DNA of 64,000 nt from Mytilus californianus (taxonomy: Eukaryota), in NCBI RefSeq assembly GCF_021869535.1, contig NW_026262734.1:47554001-47618000 (forward strand), written 5' to 3'. A model generated the notes under the pieces. The model was not told the DNA's origin, searched no databases, and saw nothing but the letters and a program-made list of their open reading frames with translations. Position numbers and translations under genes: made by a program. Of this stretch, positions 1 to 12,039 are shown piece by piece (position 1 is the first letter of the stretch; every line of letters starts with the position of its first letter).

Positions 1-189
1 AATAAAATATGATTTATTTTTTTTAAATATAAGATTAATGCACTTTTGATTAAAAAATTATATTACATTTCTGGGTTATAAAACAAATCTATAATGTTAT
101 TAAATCATCAGATTGATGCACTTTGATATTAGGACTCGTCACCAACTATAAAGGAGAACCAGACATTCATCAACTTATATGCAGGGCAG

Positions 190-900
190 CAGTTCTTCTT
201 CTGGTCCTACATACAGAAATAGAAGGCATCATTGGCTTTGAACTAGCTGTCAGTAACTGCAAGTACTCTCAGATCTGTACTTAGTGTCTGTTTGTTGTGG
301 GGATATATAAGTACCCTGCCACGTCCACTCTGTGTTTTTGTTAGATGTATTTCTGCTTTGTATCGATCTGAAAGCCCTTTTCAACTGATTTTTATATATA
401 AAAATTAATAAGATGTGGTATGATTGCCAATGAGACAACTCTCCACAAGAGACCAAATGACACAGAAATTAACAACTAGAGGTCACCGTACGGCCTTCAA
501 CAATGAGCAATGCCCATCCCGCATAGTCGGCTATAAAAGGTTCGAAATGAATATAGTTTGTTCTTATGTTGTACTGTTACAACACTGTCCCAGGTTAGGG
601 GGAGGGTTGGTGCGCCTTCAAATTAGTTTAACCCCGCCACATTCTGTATGTGCCTGTCCCAAGTCAGGAGCCTGTAATTCAGTGGTTGTCCTTTGTTGCT
701 GTATATCATATTGTTTTTCGTTCATTATTTTGTACATGAATCAGGCCGTTAGTTTCCTCGTTTGAAATGTTTTACATTTGTCCTTTTGTAGCTGACTATG
801 CGGTATGGGTTTTACTCATTGTTGAAGGCCGTACGGTGAGCTATAGTTGTTTATTTCTGTTTCTCATTAGCAATCATACCACATCTTCTTATTTTATATC
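190..900 (+). mobile_element. Abundant dispersed retro-tail (SINE-like) repeat with an inverted fragment of the same family at ~405-550
   Basis: Core ttaaccccgccacatt...cctgtcccaagtcaggagcctgtaattcagtggttgtc and tail gaaggccgtacggtga...ctcattagcaatcataccacatcttctt, both recurring many times in the window; boundaries approximate. Confidence 0.8.
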
Positions 901-1356
901 TGGTTCAATGCTCTGGAAGACATGGAAAATTCGGACTCAACAGCAAGTACCACTCCATTTACTGAATACGTCACAACATACTTGGTTGAAAACAATATGC
1001 AGCTATGGAACCAATACCTATACAAAGGACGACTAACCACCTCGCAGAATGGCACAGCAGCTTGAAGAAGATGATCCAAGTACCACACCCAAAAATATAA
1101 ACTCTACTCAACTATATTAAGGAAGAGCAAGCCTATAGGAAAGAACGTCTTCAGAATGGTGTTAGTTAGTGTGTTTCGGTATGCTAGCATTCCCTCTTAT
1201 CTGTTACACTTGGACTGATGTGATGTGTTGTGATGTTTATGTTATGTTTTATGTGTGCTTTGATGTTGGTTGTGCTAATGTATTATTATTGTTGTACCTT
1301 CTGTGTGCTTAATAGTAACTTTTTATAATTCATGTCATATGTGTGCTTTATTGTAT

Positions 1357-1577
1357 GAGGGTCTGGATGGGAGGGGGAAGAGGGGGGGGGGGGGTGATCT
1401 ATAGGCCTTCATTTCTCTATTCTTTAAGTTTTAGCCATTGTATTTCAGCACCACATTATTCTCTATTATTTAATCTCTTTTTTTTTGCCTATTTTTCTCT
1501 ATTCTTAATTTGTTTACCCATATTCCTGTAGTATTGACTTATTATTCTCTGTTCTGTAAACCCCATCCAGAAACCTC
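1357..1577. mobile_element. MITE (~220 bp) with ~16-bp TIRs and a 6-bp flanking direct repeat ttgtat
   Basis: gagggtctggatggga ... ccccatccagaaacctc; ttgtat at 1351-1356 and 1578-1583. Confidence 0.65.
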
Positions 1578-2193
1578 TTGTATTAAGCTGTTTATTATAT
1601 GTGCTTTGTTGTAACTCTTTATTATACATTTATGCTTGATATGTGCTTTTTTATGACTTGATATTATATTCTATGTTTGATAATACTTCAATTACACATT
1701 TTATGCGCAAAATAAAATATGTCAATATTATTATTTGTTTATGTTTATTTTATATTCTATAAGTTACATTGATTAAATAAATACCTGTAATTAACTGTTG
1801 TACTATTTCATAACAATTAATCTCTGTCAAAACAATTCCCAATTGTCCCACATTTAAACTTCCCAATTGTCCCACAAACATCTTCCCGATTGTCCCACAA
1901 AATTTCTCTACTTTTTTACCTTAATTTAAAAAAGTGGGACAATCGGGAAGACACCACTGGGTCAAATGCCAATTAGTAAAATTACATAATATTTATAATG
2001 AGTATGAAAAAAATCGTTTTTTAGTCCAAAAAATATGTGTTCACGTATCAATACAGCAATGAAAACGCTGTTCCTTTGCTTTTTGTGTGTTTGGTTTTTT
2101 TTTTTTGCTGTGCATGTACTGATTTTGTGTCATGGATGGATACCCCATATCCTTTGCTTTTCTGTCAAATATGCTTACTAGAACTGTGATGAG

Positions 2194-2570
2194 ATGATTA
2201 GAGCTTTAAATTTTCTTCATGACAACATATATGTACGTTTCGGCAATAAAGGTTATCCAAATTATGTAGGTATTCCGATGGGTACCAATTGCGTCCCTTT
2301 AATAGTAGACTTGTTTTTGTATTGTTATGAATCACAATGTATGACCAAAATCAGTAAAAATCCTTTTAAATTACATGTAATTGATAAATTTAAAACATTT
2401 ACAGTAATTGATGACATTTTTGCTTTAAAAAATAAATAATCCAGAATTTTTGAATTTTACTGCGTGAATTCACCCAAAGGTAATTAGTTTGAATAAATCT
2501 AATACATACAGCAATATTTTTCTTAATCTAGATTCGGATATTTCAGTTCCACACGGGGAAACTCATTTCC
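2194..2570 (+). pseudogene. Decayed Penelope-like reverse transcriptase fragment
   Basis: ORF 2194..2439 has NIYVRFG, GIPMGTNC.PL..DLFLYCYE and a degenerate (Y)IDD motif; stops and frameshifts follow. Confidence 0.8.
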
Positions 2571-3084
2571 CCTCATTGTTGTCGGTCGTACAGCTGCAAA
2601 TGATTGCTTACATCCACTTCGTTTGAACTTTGAAGGATAGTTGTCTCATTAGCAATCATACCACATCTCCTTGTTTTTATATAACTTCCCTTCCCAGTTC
2701 AATATATTGCTTGTGTTAATGTTTCATTCCAATCATGCAAAAAAAAATCAAGTGAGAATAATCCTACAACCATTTATAAAAAAAAGAATAAGGATAAGCG
2801 AATAAGGAACGAATAAGTAACAGGGCATCCGTCAAGCGCGGAAACGGGTACATACGCGCTAATAGGACAATTTCACCGCTACGAACTAAGAACTAACACC
2901 AGAGAAAAGAACAGAAAAGAAAGCATTAAACAGGTGCAGCGTATAAAAGGCGAATAAGGAACAAATAACTAGCGAATAAGTAACAAGGTATCAGTCGAGC
3001 GTTGAAACTGGTACATATGCGCTAACGGGCTTATTCTAACTCCGCAAAAACAGAACTAACACCAAAGACATGAAAAGAACTAAA

Positions 3085-3300
3085 ATGGATGTACAAGTAC
3101 CCAGCCACGTTCACTCTGTGTTTTTGTTAGATGTATTTTTATTTGTATCCATCTGATGAGTTAAGCCTTTTTCCACTAATTTTTATAGTTCGTTCTTATG
3201 TTGTACTGTTACACCAGTGTCTCATGTTAGGGGGTGGGGGGTGGGGGGTCCCGCTAACATGTTTAACCCCGCCACATTCTGTATGTATGTGCCTGTCCAA
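3085..3300 (+). mobile_element. Truncated copy of the dispersed retro-tail repeat, cut off by the satellite array
   Basis: gtaccc(a)gccacgt.cactctgtgttttt...tttaaccccgccacattctgtatg, matching 310-660 and 12590-12630. Confidence 0.7.
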
Positions 3301-4660
3301 TGACGTATAAGATATATCTGTTATAAGGGACTGAAGGGTCGCAGCAGTCCATTCAATTATTCAAAATATCCATTTCATTATTCAAAATTGGCTATTTCTT
3401 AATTTTCACGCGTATTTTGGCATTTAGGTCCTGCGTAACCCCTCTAATGGGCATTGCGGCACATATTGATTATAACCATTTTGTTCCTCTGTCGATAAGC
3501 TTTCGAATGGTGTATAAGGTTTCTCTGTAATAAGAAGCTGGAGGGTCGTAGCAGTCCATTCCATTATTCAAAATAAGCTATTTCTTATTGTTGACGCGTT
3601 TTTTGACATTTAGGTCCTCCGAAACTCCTCTAATAGGCGTTGCGGGACATATTGACTATATACCTTTTGTTCCTCTATTAATAAGCTTTCGAATGAATGA
3701 CGTATAAGGTATATCTGTAATTAGGGGCTGGAGGGTCGCAGCAGTCCATTCCATTATTCAAAAAATCCATGTCATTATTCAAAATTGGCTATTTCTTAAT
3801 TTTCACGCGTATTTTGGCATTTAGATCTTGCGTAACCCCTCTAATGGACATTGTGGCACATATTGATTATAACCATTTTGTTCCTCTGTCGATAAGCTTT
3901 CGAATGGTGTATAAGGTTTCTCTGTAATTAGGAGCTGAAGGGTCGTAGCAGTCCATTCCATTATTCAAAATAAGCTATTTCTTATTGTTGACGCGTATTT
4001 TGACATTTAGGTCCTCCGAAACTCCTCTTATAGGCGTTGCGGGACATATTGACTATATACCTTTTGTTCCTCTATTGATAAGCTTTTGAATGACGTATAA
4101 GGTATATCTGTAATTAGGGGCTGAAGGGTCGCAGCAGTCCATTATATTATTCAAAATATCCATTTCATTAATCAAAATTAGCTATTTCTTAATTTTCACG
4201 CGTATTTTGGCATTTAGGTCCTGCGTAACCCCTCTAATGGGCATTGCGGCACATATTGATTATAACCATTTTGTTCCTCTGTCGATAAGCTTTCGAATGG
4301 TGTATAAGTTTTTTTCTGTAATTAGGAGCTGAAGGGTCGTAGCAGTCCATTCCATTATTCAAAATAAGCTATAACTTATTGTTGACGCATATTTTGACAT
4401 TTAGGTCCTCCGAAACTCCTCTAATAGGCGTTGCGGGACATATTGACTATATACCTTTAGTTCCTCTATTGATAAGCTTTCGAATGACGTTTAAGGTATA
4501 TCTGTAATTAGGGGCTGAAGGGTCGCAGCAGTCCATTCCATTATTCAAAATATCCATTTCATTATTCAAAATTGGCTATTTCTTAATTTTCACGCGTATT
4601 TTGGCATTTAGGTCCTGCGTAACCCTTCTAATGGGTATTGCGGCACAATCGATAAGCTAT
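3301..4660. repeat. Satellite array, ~394-bp higher-order monomer made of two related subunits (~205 + ~190 bp), ~3.4 copies
   Basis: tgacgt.taag recurs at 3301, 3698, 4091 and 4485; subunit B starts at ~3508; each subunit carries cagtccatt...attattcaaaa and ends near an aagctt site. Confidence 0.92.
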
Positions 4661-5704
4661 ATCTATAATCAGGGGATGAAGAATAACAAAGATCCAGTAA
4701 AAATAAATAAAATAATAATGTATATTATTTTGATTTTTATATATGTTTTGGTATTCAGGTCGTCCATACATTAAAAAAAGGAATTTCTGTTAAAAATAGT
4801 TAGGGAAACCCACTAGTTTATCCTCCGAAACTAAATAAATAAATAAAGATAAAAATTTCAAAGAGTGTTTTGATTTATTTTTTCTTATATTAATTCGAAT
4901 ATTTGTTAAATAACACCAAAATGACGAATTCAGAAATACGGGATATGACAGTCAAAAAATAAATTTTCGATTTCATTATTCACTTTTCAGCTTGAATACT
5001 GATATATGAGCTATTTCGTTATTCATTATTCATCACTTAATGTTGAATAATGAATAATGAACTATTTCATTATTCATTATTGAATTTTGAATAATGAAAA
5101 ATGAATAATGGACGTACTTCAGCGCGGTCCAAAACACATCGGTGTTGTAAAAATGTGTACTGGAAGTTCTTCATAAGAGCTTTTCAGTTTTACATTCCGG
5201 CATAAACATGAGCAAAGGAACGCATCATAAGTAATACATTCGTTATATTGGTGTTATCTGTGCATGCATTTATTCTAATTTTAAAATGAAAATCATTGTA
5301 TTACTGTAAGACACTTATTTTATAAATGCAATGTGAACTATTTCCTTGATGAGACTTTTCTCCAATAGGCAATTTTTTTGTCTTCATTATGATTTGTGTT
5401 TCCTTTTGTCATGATGGGCATTTGAACTGAACATAATGTTAAATATGTGATCATATTACCAACATCACCAACAACAAACAAAAGCTTAATTTGATCATCA
5501 GCTCAGCAGTCAATTTTTTGGAGCTGACATAATTTTTATTATATTTCTTTTAATTATCTGGTGATGTATTAAGAAACTACTTAGACACTAAGGTTCCAAC
5601 TCCCTCAAGCAAAGTAAGCCTTAGATTTTAGTTTCGTTTTGGTCATTTAGCTCCTCCCTTTTCATCGAATTCATAACATTACAGGCTTTCAAATGTGTGG
5701 GATT

Positions 5705-5747
5705 GAGCGTTCCTGATGAAAGTAAATCCAGAAAAGCGCTTCGGACG
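5705..5747 (+). ncRNA. Minimal type I hammerhead ribozyme motif, weak stem II, in a short dispersed repeat (~5590-5770)
   Basis: cgttc-CTGATGA(5713-19)-aagtaaatcca-GAAA(5731-34)-palindrome AGCGCT-TC-ggacg; stem I cgttc/ggacg pairs. Confidence 0.6.
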
Positions 5748-8220
5748 AACGGAATTTTTAATGTGTTATTTTTTTTTTTTGAACATAATTAGGTTGTCAG
5801 CTTTATAGGCGCTGAAACCTGATATTTACGTCACTGTAAACTGCAATGTTTCTGTTGGTGCTGAGAGCATCTTACTTACATGTATTATATATTTTGAAGT
5901 GCAATCCAGTATTCCTTTTTTGAAAAAAAGTCTTTTCATGTAAATGCAAAAAATAATAATTATAGTGTTTACTGTCTGTCGTTGCAAGCATTTTATTAGT
6001 GAGACCATCAAATTCTTTTTTTTTTTTCCATTTTACGTTCCGGAATTAATCGCTTGCCCAGTAGTCAACACTCTGCTGAAATCATTTATCATTGATACGG
6101 TAATTTTCTGTGAATTTACTGTTCATAAAACTTTAAAATTATTTGTGCCCCATGCATAATTTATATTACTCTAACAAGAATTGATACAACAATTTAGACT
6201 TTCAAGGTTGTTCAACATCGTAAGTGTATTGCCTTTTGCAATCTTTTAACGAGTGACGTGTAGACGAAATTAGCATCCAACGTACTAAATTATAAGCTAC
6301 AATGTATTACATACAAAAATTGCAATACAAACTAATATAATACATTTCTACATTTCAATTGAGTTGTGTTTTGTTTCGTTGCTGGTCACGTATATATGTA
6401 TCCCACATCTTTTGTAATTTTAAACTAAACAATAATGAAACATAAGAAACAACAAATACATAATAAAAAATATAATGTTTGCGACATCTTACAAGCATAA
6501 ATTTATCATAACAGCAATAATGTGTTACCGTGTGGTATTGATTGAGTGTAATTTGCTTAACGTCCAGTGGCATATATTTAATTCAGGACGATTCCATGTG
6601 TGAAAAAGATAACGTATCCGTTCTTCGAGTGGTGAGAGGGAGTACATGCAGTAACAAAGTTTTCTATGATGTAAAGTATCATTCGGAAAAAAAAATTCGT
6701 AATCTTCCGATGGTATATTATCAGATTATGAATATGATCGAATGAAGTATTTGAACAAATCAAAGCATGTGAGACTTTCTTTGAAATGACTTCGCAATGT
6801 TCTTTGAATTTATTGTCATACCCCAAATTTTATCGTTAACTTTATTTGACCAGATTTTTTTTTTATCGTTATTCGTAATGACGGTACCGACCCACATTAT
6901 TACTCTCATGTATAACTGTAGACCACCATAAGGCCTTCAAAAAGGACAAATGACAAATTTCAAGAAACCATAACATTATTTCAATAAAACGATAAGATAA
7001 AAACAATAACTGGACTATTAAACTCCTGGCTTGGGACATGCGCAAAGTGTAAGTATGATAATCATCGATCCTCGTTTCAAAACACATTGAGCTTAAGTTG
7101 TGGCTTTACGTATAACAATTGTTTTATTGATTCAATTTAACATGACCACATATATACATGTACATATACCGATACTATTGACCAACAGGATCTTAAATTA
7201 AGAATTAAGATATAAGTTGTCAAAACAGGACATACAAGGACACTGAAGTAGTAATTTTTCGACAAATAAAAATGTGAATGAACTCTGACCAAATACTTTA
7301 ATATGAGATTTTGTAATTTTGTAATATTTTGTTTTTATATAATTTTTCTAATGGACACTCGATCCACAGACGGACCCGACAGTCACACGAATTAAATTTG
7401 GACGTAAGTCTCCCGTCAGAGGCGGATTTAGGGGGCGTCACCGTTGCTTATTCGGTTCCTTTGATATTGAATTGAGAAAATGAACAGACAATTCTCGATT
7501 TGAAATGTTTTCGATCTTCATTTTTATAAATGTATATTTGAAATGTTTAAACGTTACTTCCAAATTTCCCCGAGCATTAATCGTTTGCTACTGTGATGCC
7601 AAAATCCATCACTCGTTTTGATTATATCAAACATCCAACATCCTTTACCCACCATTTATAAATTTCATAAATCATTTTTACACGTTTTGAAATTTTTATC
7701 TCTTGTCTTCAGGAAAAATACAAAAAAAAACAGCCCAAGTGTAAGTACCAACGAACTATATTGTGCTTTCTTCCGAAGTAAAAATGTGGTTGTAGTTCTG
7801 GTAAAATACAAAAGAGACATTGCTATAATCATAATCTGGATGTTTTAAGAAATGCAGCAAGTTTGATCATACAAACATCTTTGGCATCCTTAAATTGTCT
7901 GCAGGATAGTAACCCGTTGCAAAAGTGAGCGTTCAAATAGTGAGCTCCGGAAAATGATTTTACGTGCAACAACAGGTGAACATGGTAATGTGATATGCAA
8001 ATCAAACCTGCTTTTTATAAGATCGACACAGTCGTATTTTTAACATGCTAGTTACCAAACAAACAGTACGCAGGATGACAAACTATAAACTAAATAAGAT
8101 ATCTTATAAATACAATGATTATAAATCTAATAAATCTAATAAGATATTTTCTATACTTTTAAAGATATATCTCATAAACTATACACCTGTATCTCATAAT
8201 TACCAAGATTAAAATTGTGT

Positions 8221-8265
8221 ACTCTAGACGCACGTTTCTTTCACAAAGGACTCATCAGTGACGCT
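8221..8265 (-). ncRNA. Decayed minimal hammerhead ribozyme motif
   Basis: Minus strand agcgtca-CTGATGA-gtcctttgtgaaa-GAAA-cgtgcg-TC-tagagt; core intact, stems I and II eroded. Confidence 0.45.
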
Positions 8266-8769
8266 AGAAAAAGTTAAAAAGGTTGAATAAAGCACGAATA
8301 TGAAAAGCATTGAGCATCCAAATTTCCGAAAGGTTTTGTCAAATACAGCTAAGATAATCTATTCCTGGGTTACAATATACTCAGTATTTCGAAAAAAAAT
8401 TAAAGTTTTGTAAACAGTTAATTTATAATTATGATCATATCAATGATAATTCAGGTCAACACAAAAGCTGACTACTAGGCTGGCGATGTCTTATAAACTA
8501 TCGTATATATATAAATATCTAATTTCTTATCAACTTTATATAAATATTTTGAAATGGAATAAATATAAAATTGTCTTGCTATAAAATTAACGCCAAATTA
8601 CCAACAAATTACAAAGAACATGCGACATGCAACCGTTGACAAGATTCCTTAAATGGGACGAACACATTGACATGCACACAATTGATAAAATAGGTAAACT
8701 GTACATCTATGATATAAGTTAAAAAGGAAATGTAGTAATACTTACGTTAATAAGACAACAAACTAATGT

Positions 8770-9000
8770 CCTTGTCCCAAGTCAGGAGCCTGTAATTCAG
8801 TGGTTGTCGTTTGTATATCATATCTATTTTGTTTTAATTTCATTGTTTTGTACATAAATCAGGCCGTTAGATTTCTCGTCTGAATTGTACATTTGTCATA
8901 CCAGGGCCTTTTATATCTGACTATGTGGTGTGGTTTTTGTTCATCGTTGAATGCCGTACGGTGACCTATAGTCGTTAACTTCTATGTCATTTGGTCTTGA
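8770..9000 (+). mobile_element. Dispersed retro-tail repeat copy
   Basis: tgtcccaagtcaggagcctgtaattcagtggttgtcg...ccgtacggtgacctatagt. Confidence 0.75.
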
Positions 9001-9866
9001 AATGTCCCGATAGTATCTAAAGAGTTAAAGGACTGGCATTTAAAATCTGTGCTGTTTGTCATATTTTCAGTTGGAACCGGAAAGCTTTTTTCATGACTTG
9101 ACTGTTGAGATCAAATCGTAATTTTATTGGGCACTGTAAACATATTCTAAAGTATACAATTTATTTGCTTACTGCAGGAGTGTAGTTGACTGAAAAGTGG
9201 GAGGGGGACTTACGTCTGAACGGGACAGGAGAGACAAAAATAAGTTTTTTTCAGTTTAAGTGTCTATGAATTAGGCAGTGGCCTCTTTCATTTTCATTAC
9301 AAAATTCTTCTAAAATAAGGAGGGGCAGTCCCCCATTAACAAATTTGAATAGTAAACAATTTATTCAAACACCTGATTTATTAAAACAGGATGAACATGT
9401 ACATGGAGTTAGAAAGGTTCAAGTAACTTTCTTATTGTGTATCTCCAAACATTTAAGCGTATTATTACATCTTTATAAATACTGTATGTTGCCCTCTAAA
9501 TGTCATTGTAATTTTTGTTGTTGCGTTGATGTCCAATATAAAAGTCATTGAAGTATAACCCATATCTCTTTTTATTCATTTTAAACTAGTCATTTTTTTA
9601 CAACACCTGAAATTCTTCTTAACCAAATATCTTTGTCCTACGAAGCATCCAGGTCTTCTACCTATTCAAATAATAAAGCTTTATGCAAAGAGGTAACACA
9701 GCCGCCGGACTAAAACGTCTCACATTCTGAGCAAGACCATCAGGACATCAAAGAAAACAAAAACATGGACAAAACAAGGAATTTTGACCTAAATATTAGC
9801 CTTTATTTCACAAAATATACCAAATATAGTTACCCTTTTACTCATAAGTATATATATATATATATA

Positions 9867-11359
9867 TGTAAACCTCAGATCTGTGTACGGCCTCAAATCT
9901 GTGTTCGTTTCTCAAATATGTGCCTTATCGTGAAGTCAATCGCTAATCTATGTCCGTTAAAAAAGATACGGCCTCAAATCTGTGTCCTTTTTTCAAATTT
10001 GTTTTCAATCGTGACGTCATTCGCAAATCTATAGATATAAGAAGATGTGGTATGAGTGCCAATGAGACAACTCTCCATCCAAGTCAAAATTTATAAAAGT
10101 AAACCATTATAGGTCACAGTACGGTCTTCAACACGGAGCCTTGGCTCACACCGAACAGTAAGCTATAAAGGGCCCCAAATAATTACTAGTGTAAAACCAT
10201 TCAAACGGGAAAACCAACGGTCTAATCTATATAAAAAACGAGAAACGAGAAACACTTATGAACCACATCAACAAACGACAACTACTGAACATCAGATTCC
10301 TGACTTAGGACAGGTGCAAACAAATGCAGCGGGTTTAAACGTTTAATGGTACCAAACCTTCACCCTTTTTCTGAAACATGTTCGTTTAAAAGATACGGCC
10401 TCAAATCTGTGTTCTTTTCTTAAATCTTTTTCCAGTTTGTTTCGCCATGCGCAAATTTATGCCAGTCTAATAAGTACGGCCTTAAAGGATTTTTGTTTTA
10501 TTAAGTCATTTCCCATAATTCAATGTTAAGTTGGGATGTGTTCTCCATGTGTGTGCTTAAAAAATTTACATGCGTGTGTAATTATTGTATGATTTACATT
10601 TTATTGTAAAACTACAACATTTTCAAATTGTTTGCTTTCCTTATCCCTTGTTTAATTGTTCTGTAGTAATTATCGTTACTTCCCTTTACTCATTACGTCT
10701 TGATAACAAATACGAAATATAAGTTAATAAACAACCTGAGACAAAATGACATCTGTATACAAGCAACTAAAGATACATGTATGGCCTTCAACAATGAATT
10801 GAACCTATTCTGTATCGTAATCCGTAAACACATACACCTATTTGTTCAATGTTTCAATGTATAGGTACCACATAAAAATGTTTAGGGTATAATTTATTGC
10901 CGGTTTAACAACGACATTTTGTGCCACTATCTTATTAAAAAAGGTTTTTTTCTGGTGAAACTATTCCGGTTTCGAATCTATGTATTTTTTAAAAATCCAT
11001 TGTGTACCATGACATCAACATTCAACATCCACAACATAATTCTGTGTACAAATTATTCGCATAACGAGCATATATGTTATTTTATTAATGTGCCTTCAAG
11101 AATGAAACTACACATATTTTTTTACTTGATTACGTCTTGCTATGTCTTACGTCACCACATTTCGATAAAGGACATAGATTTGTGACAAAAATGGCCATAG
11201 ATTTGAGTTAATAAAGGACATAGATTTGAGACAATAAAAGACATAGATTTGAGACAATACAGGACATAAATTTGGAACGTATATGACGCAATATTAAAAA
11301 GGACATAGATTTGCGGAAAAGACATAGATTTGAGGCTGGACATAGATTTGAGGCTTACA
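9867..11359. mobile_element. Foldback-like non-autonomous DNA transposon (~1.5 kb) whose arms are tandem caaatct(a/g)tgtcc / ggacatagatttg motifs, inserted in a TA run
   Basis: Left tgtaaacctcagatctgtg is the near reverse complement of right catagatttgaggcttaca; (TA)n on both flanks; interrupted at ~10031-10378. Confidence 0.7.
10031..10378 (-). mobile_element. Retro-tail repeat (related subfamily) nested in the foldback element
   Basis: agatataagaagatgtggtatgagtgccaatgagacaactctc...gattcctgacttaggacaggtgc...gggtttaaac (reverse of the family core). Confidence 0.75.
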
Positions 11360-11456
11360 TATGTATATATAAACAAGTCTAAATTGAAAACAACGTTCAA
11401 ACCTATATATATATTATTAAATTAATATGGCCTTCCAAATACCGTTTCGATTCCTA

Positions 11457-11500
11457 ACATCACTGAAGAGACATTACTTGTCGAAATCCGGATATGGTGT
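11457..11500 (+). ncRNA. Minimal type I hammerhead ribozyme, copy 1
   Basis: Stem I acatca/tggtgt; CTGAAGA 11463-69; stem II GAC-attactt-GTC; GAAA 11483-86; palindromic stem III TCCGGA; cleavage triplet AUA, predicted cut after 11494. Confidence 0.82.
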
Positions 11501-11995
11501 ACAAATTTTTGCACCTCATGTTTGCGGTATACCATCTTTTCCGCAAGTTTATTGTTTTCTGTTTGGTATTAAATTAATATAATTAAGATCCATTGTGTTA
11601 CATCTGTGATCCGTTTATTTGGCAATCGCCATGGCAGTCAGCAGGGTTTAAGAACATCCGTTGTTCGACCTGCTAGTCAAATGCGTTTTGTTAAAATATA
11701 CTTTTTCACTTTTTTGGTCTTTTGGAAAATGTTGTTTGTGCTGTATTTAGACCCCTCTACAAAGAAATTTGTTTTGCATGCACACGTATAAAAATTGCGG
11801 TTTTTATCCAACGCAATCATAGGTTTGAACGTTGTTTTCAATTTAGACTTGTTTATATTTTTTCGTTTGGGCTTGTATTATATTTGCCTTTGGGTTTATA
11901 TGATCCGTTCATCCTATTTCGACTCTTCAAAATTCAAGAGTCAATCCCAAATTGAGGTAAATTATATGGTCTTCCAAATACCGTTTCGATTCCTA

Positions 11996-12039
11996 ACATC
12001 ACTGAAGAGACATTACTTGTCGAAATCCGGATATGGTGT
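11996..12039 (+). ncRNA. Minimal type I hammerhead ribozyme, copy 2 (identical)
   Basis: Same sequence 539 bp downstream; CTGAAGA at 12002-12008; predicted cut after 12033. Confidence 0.82.

Noticed and set aside
3153-3175. ctgatgag as a hammerhead core in the retro-tail repeat
   Set aside because: No downstream stem II/GAAA/UH arrangement
6560-6830. Possible pseudo-exon (ORFs 6542..6745 and 6578..6826)
   Set aside because: No recognisable motif, no convincing donor site and no partner exons
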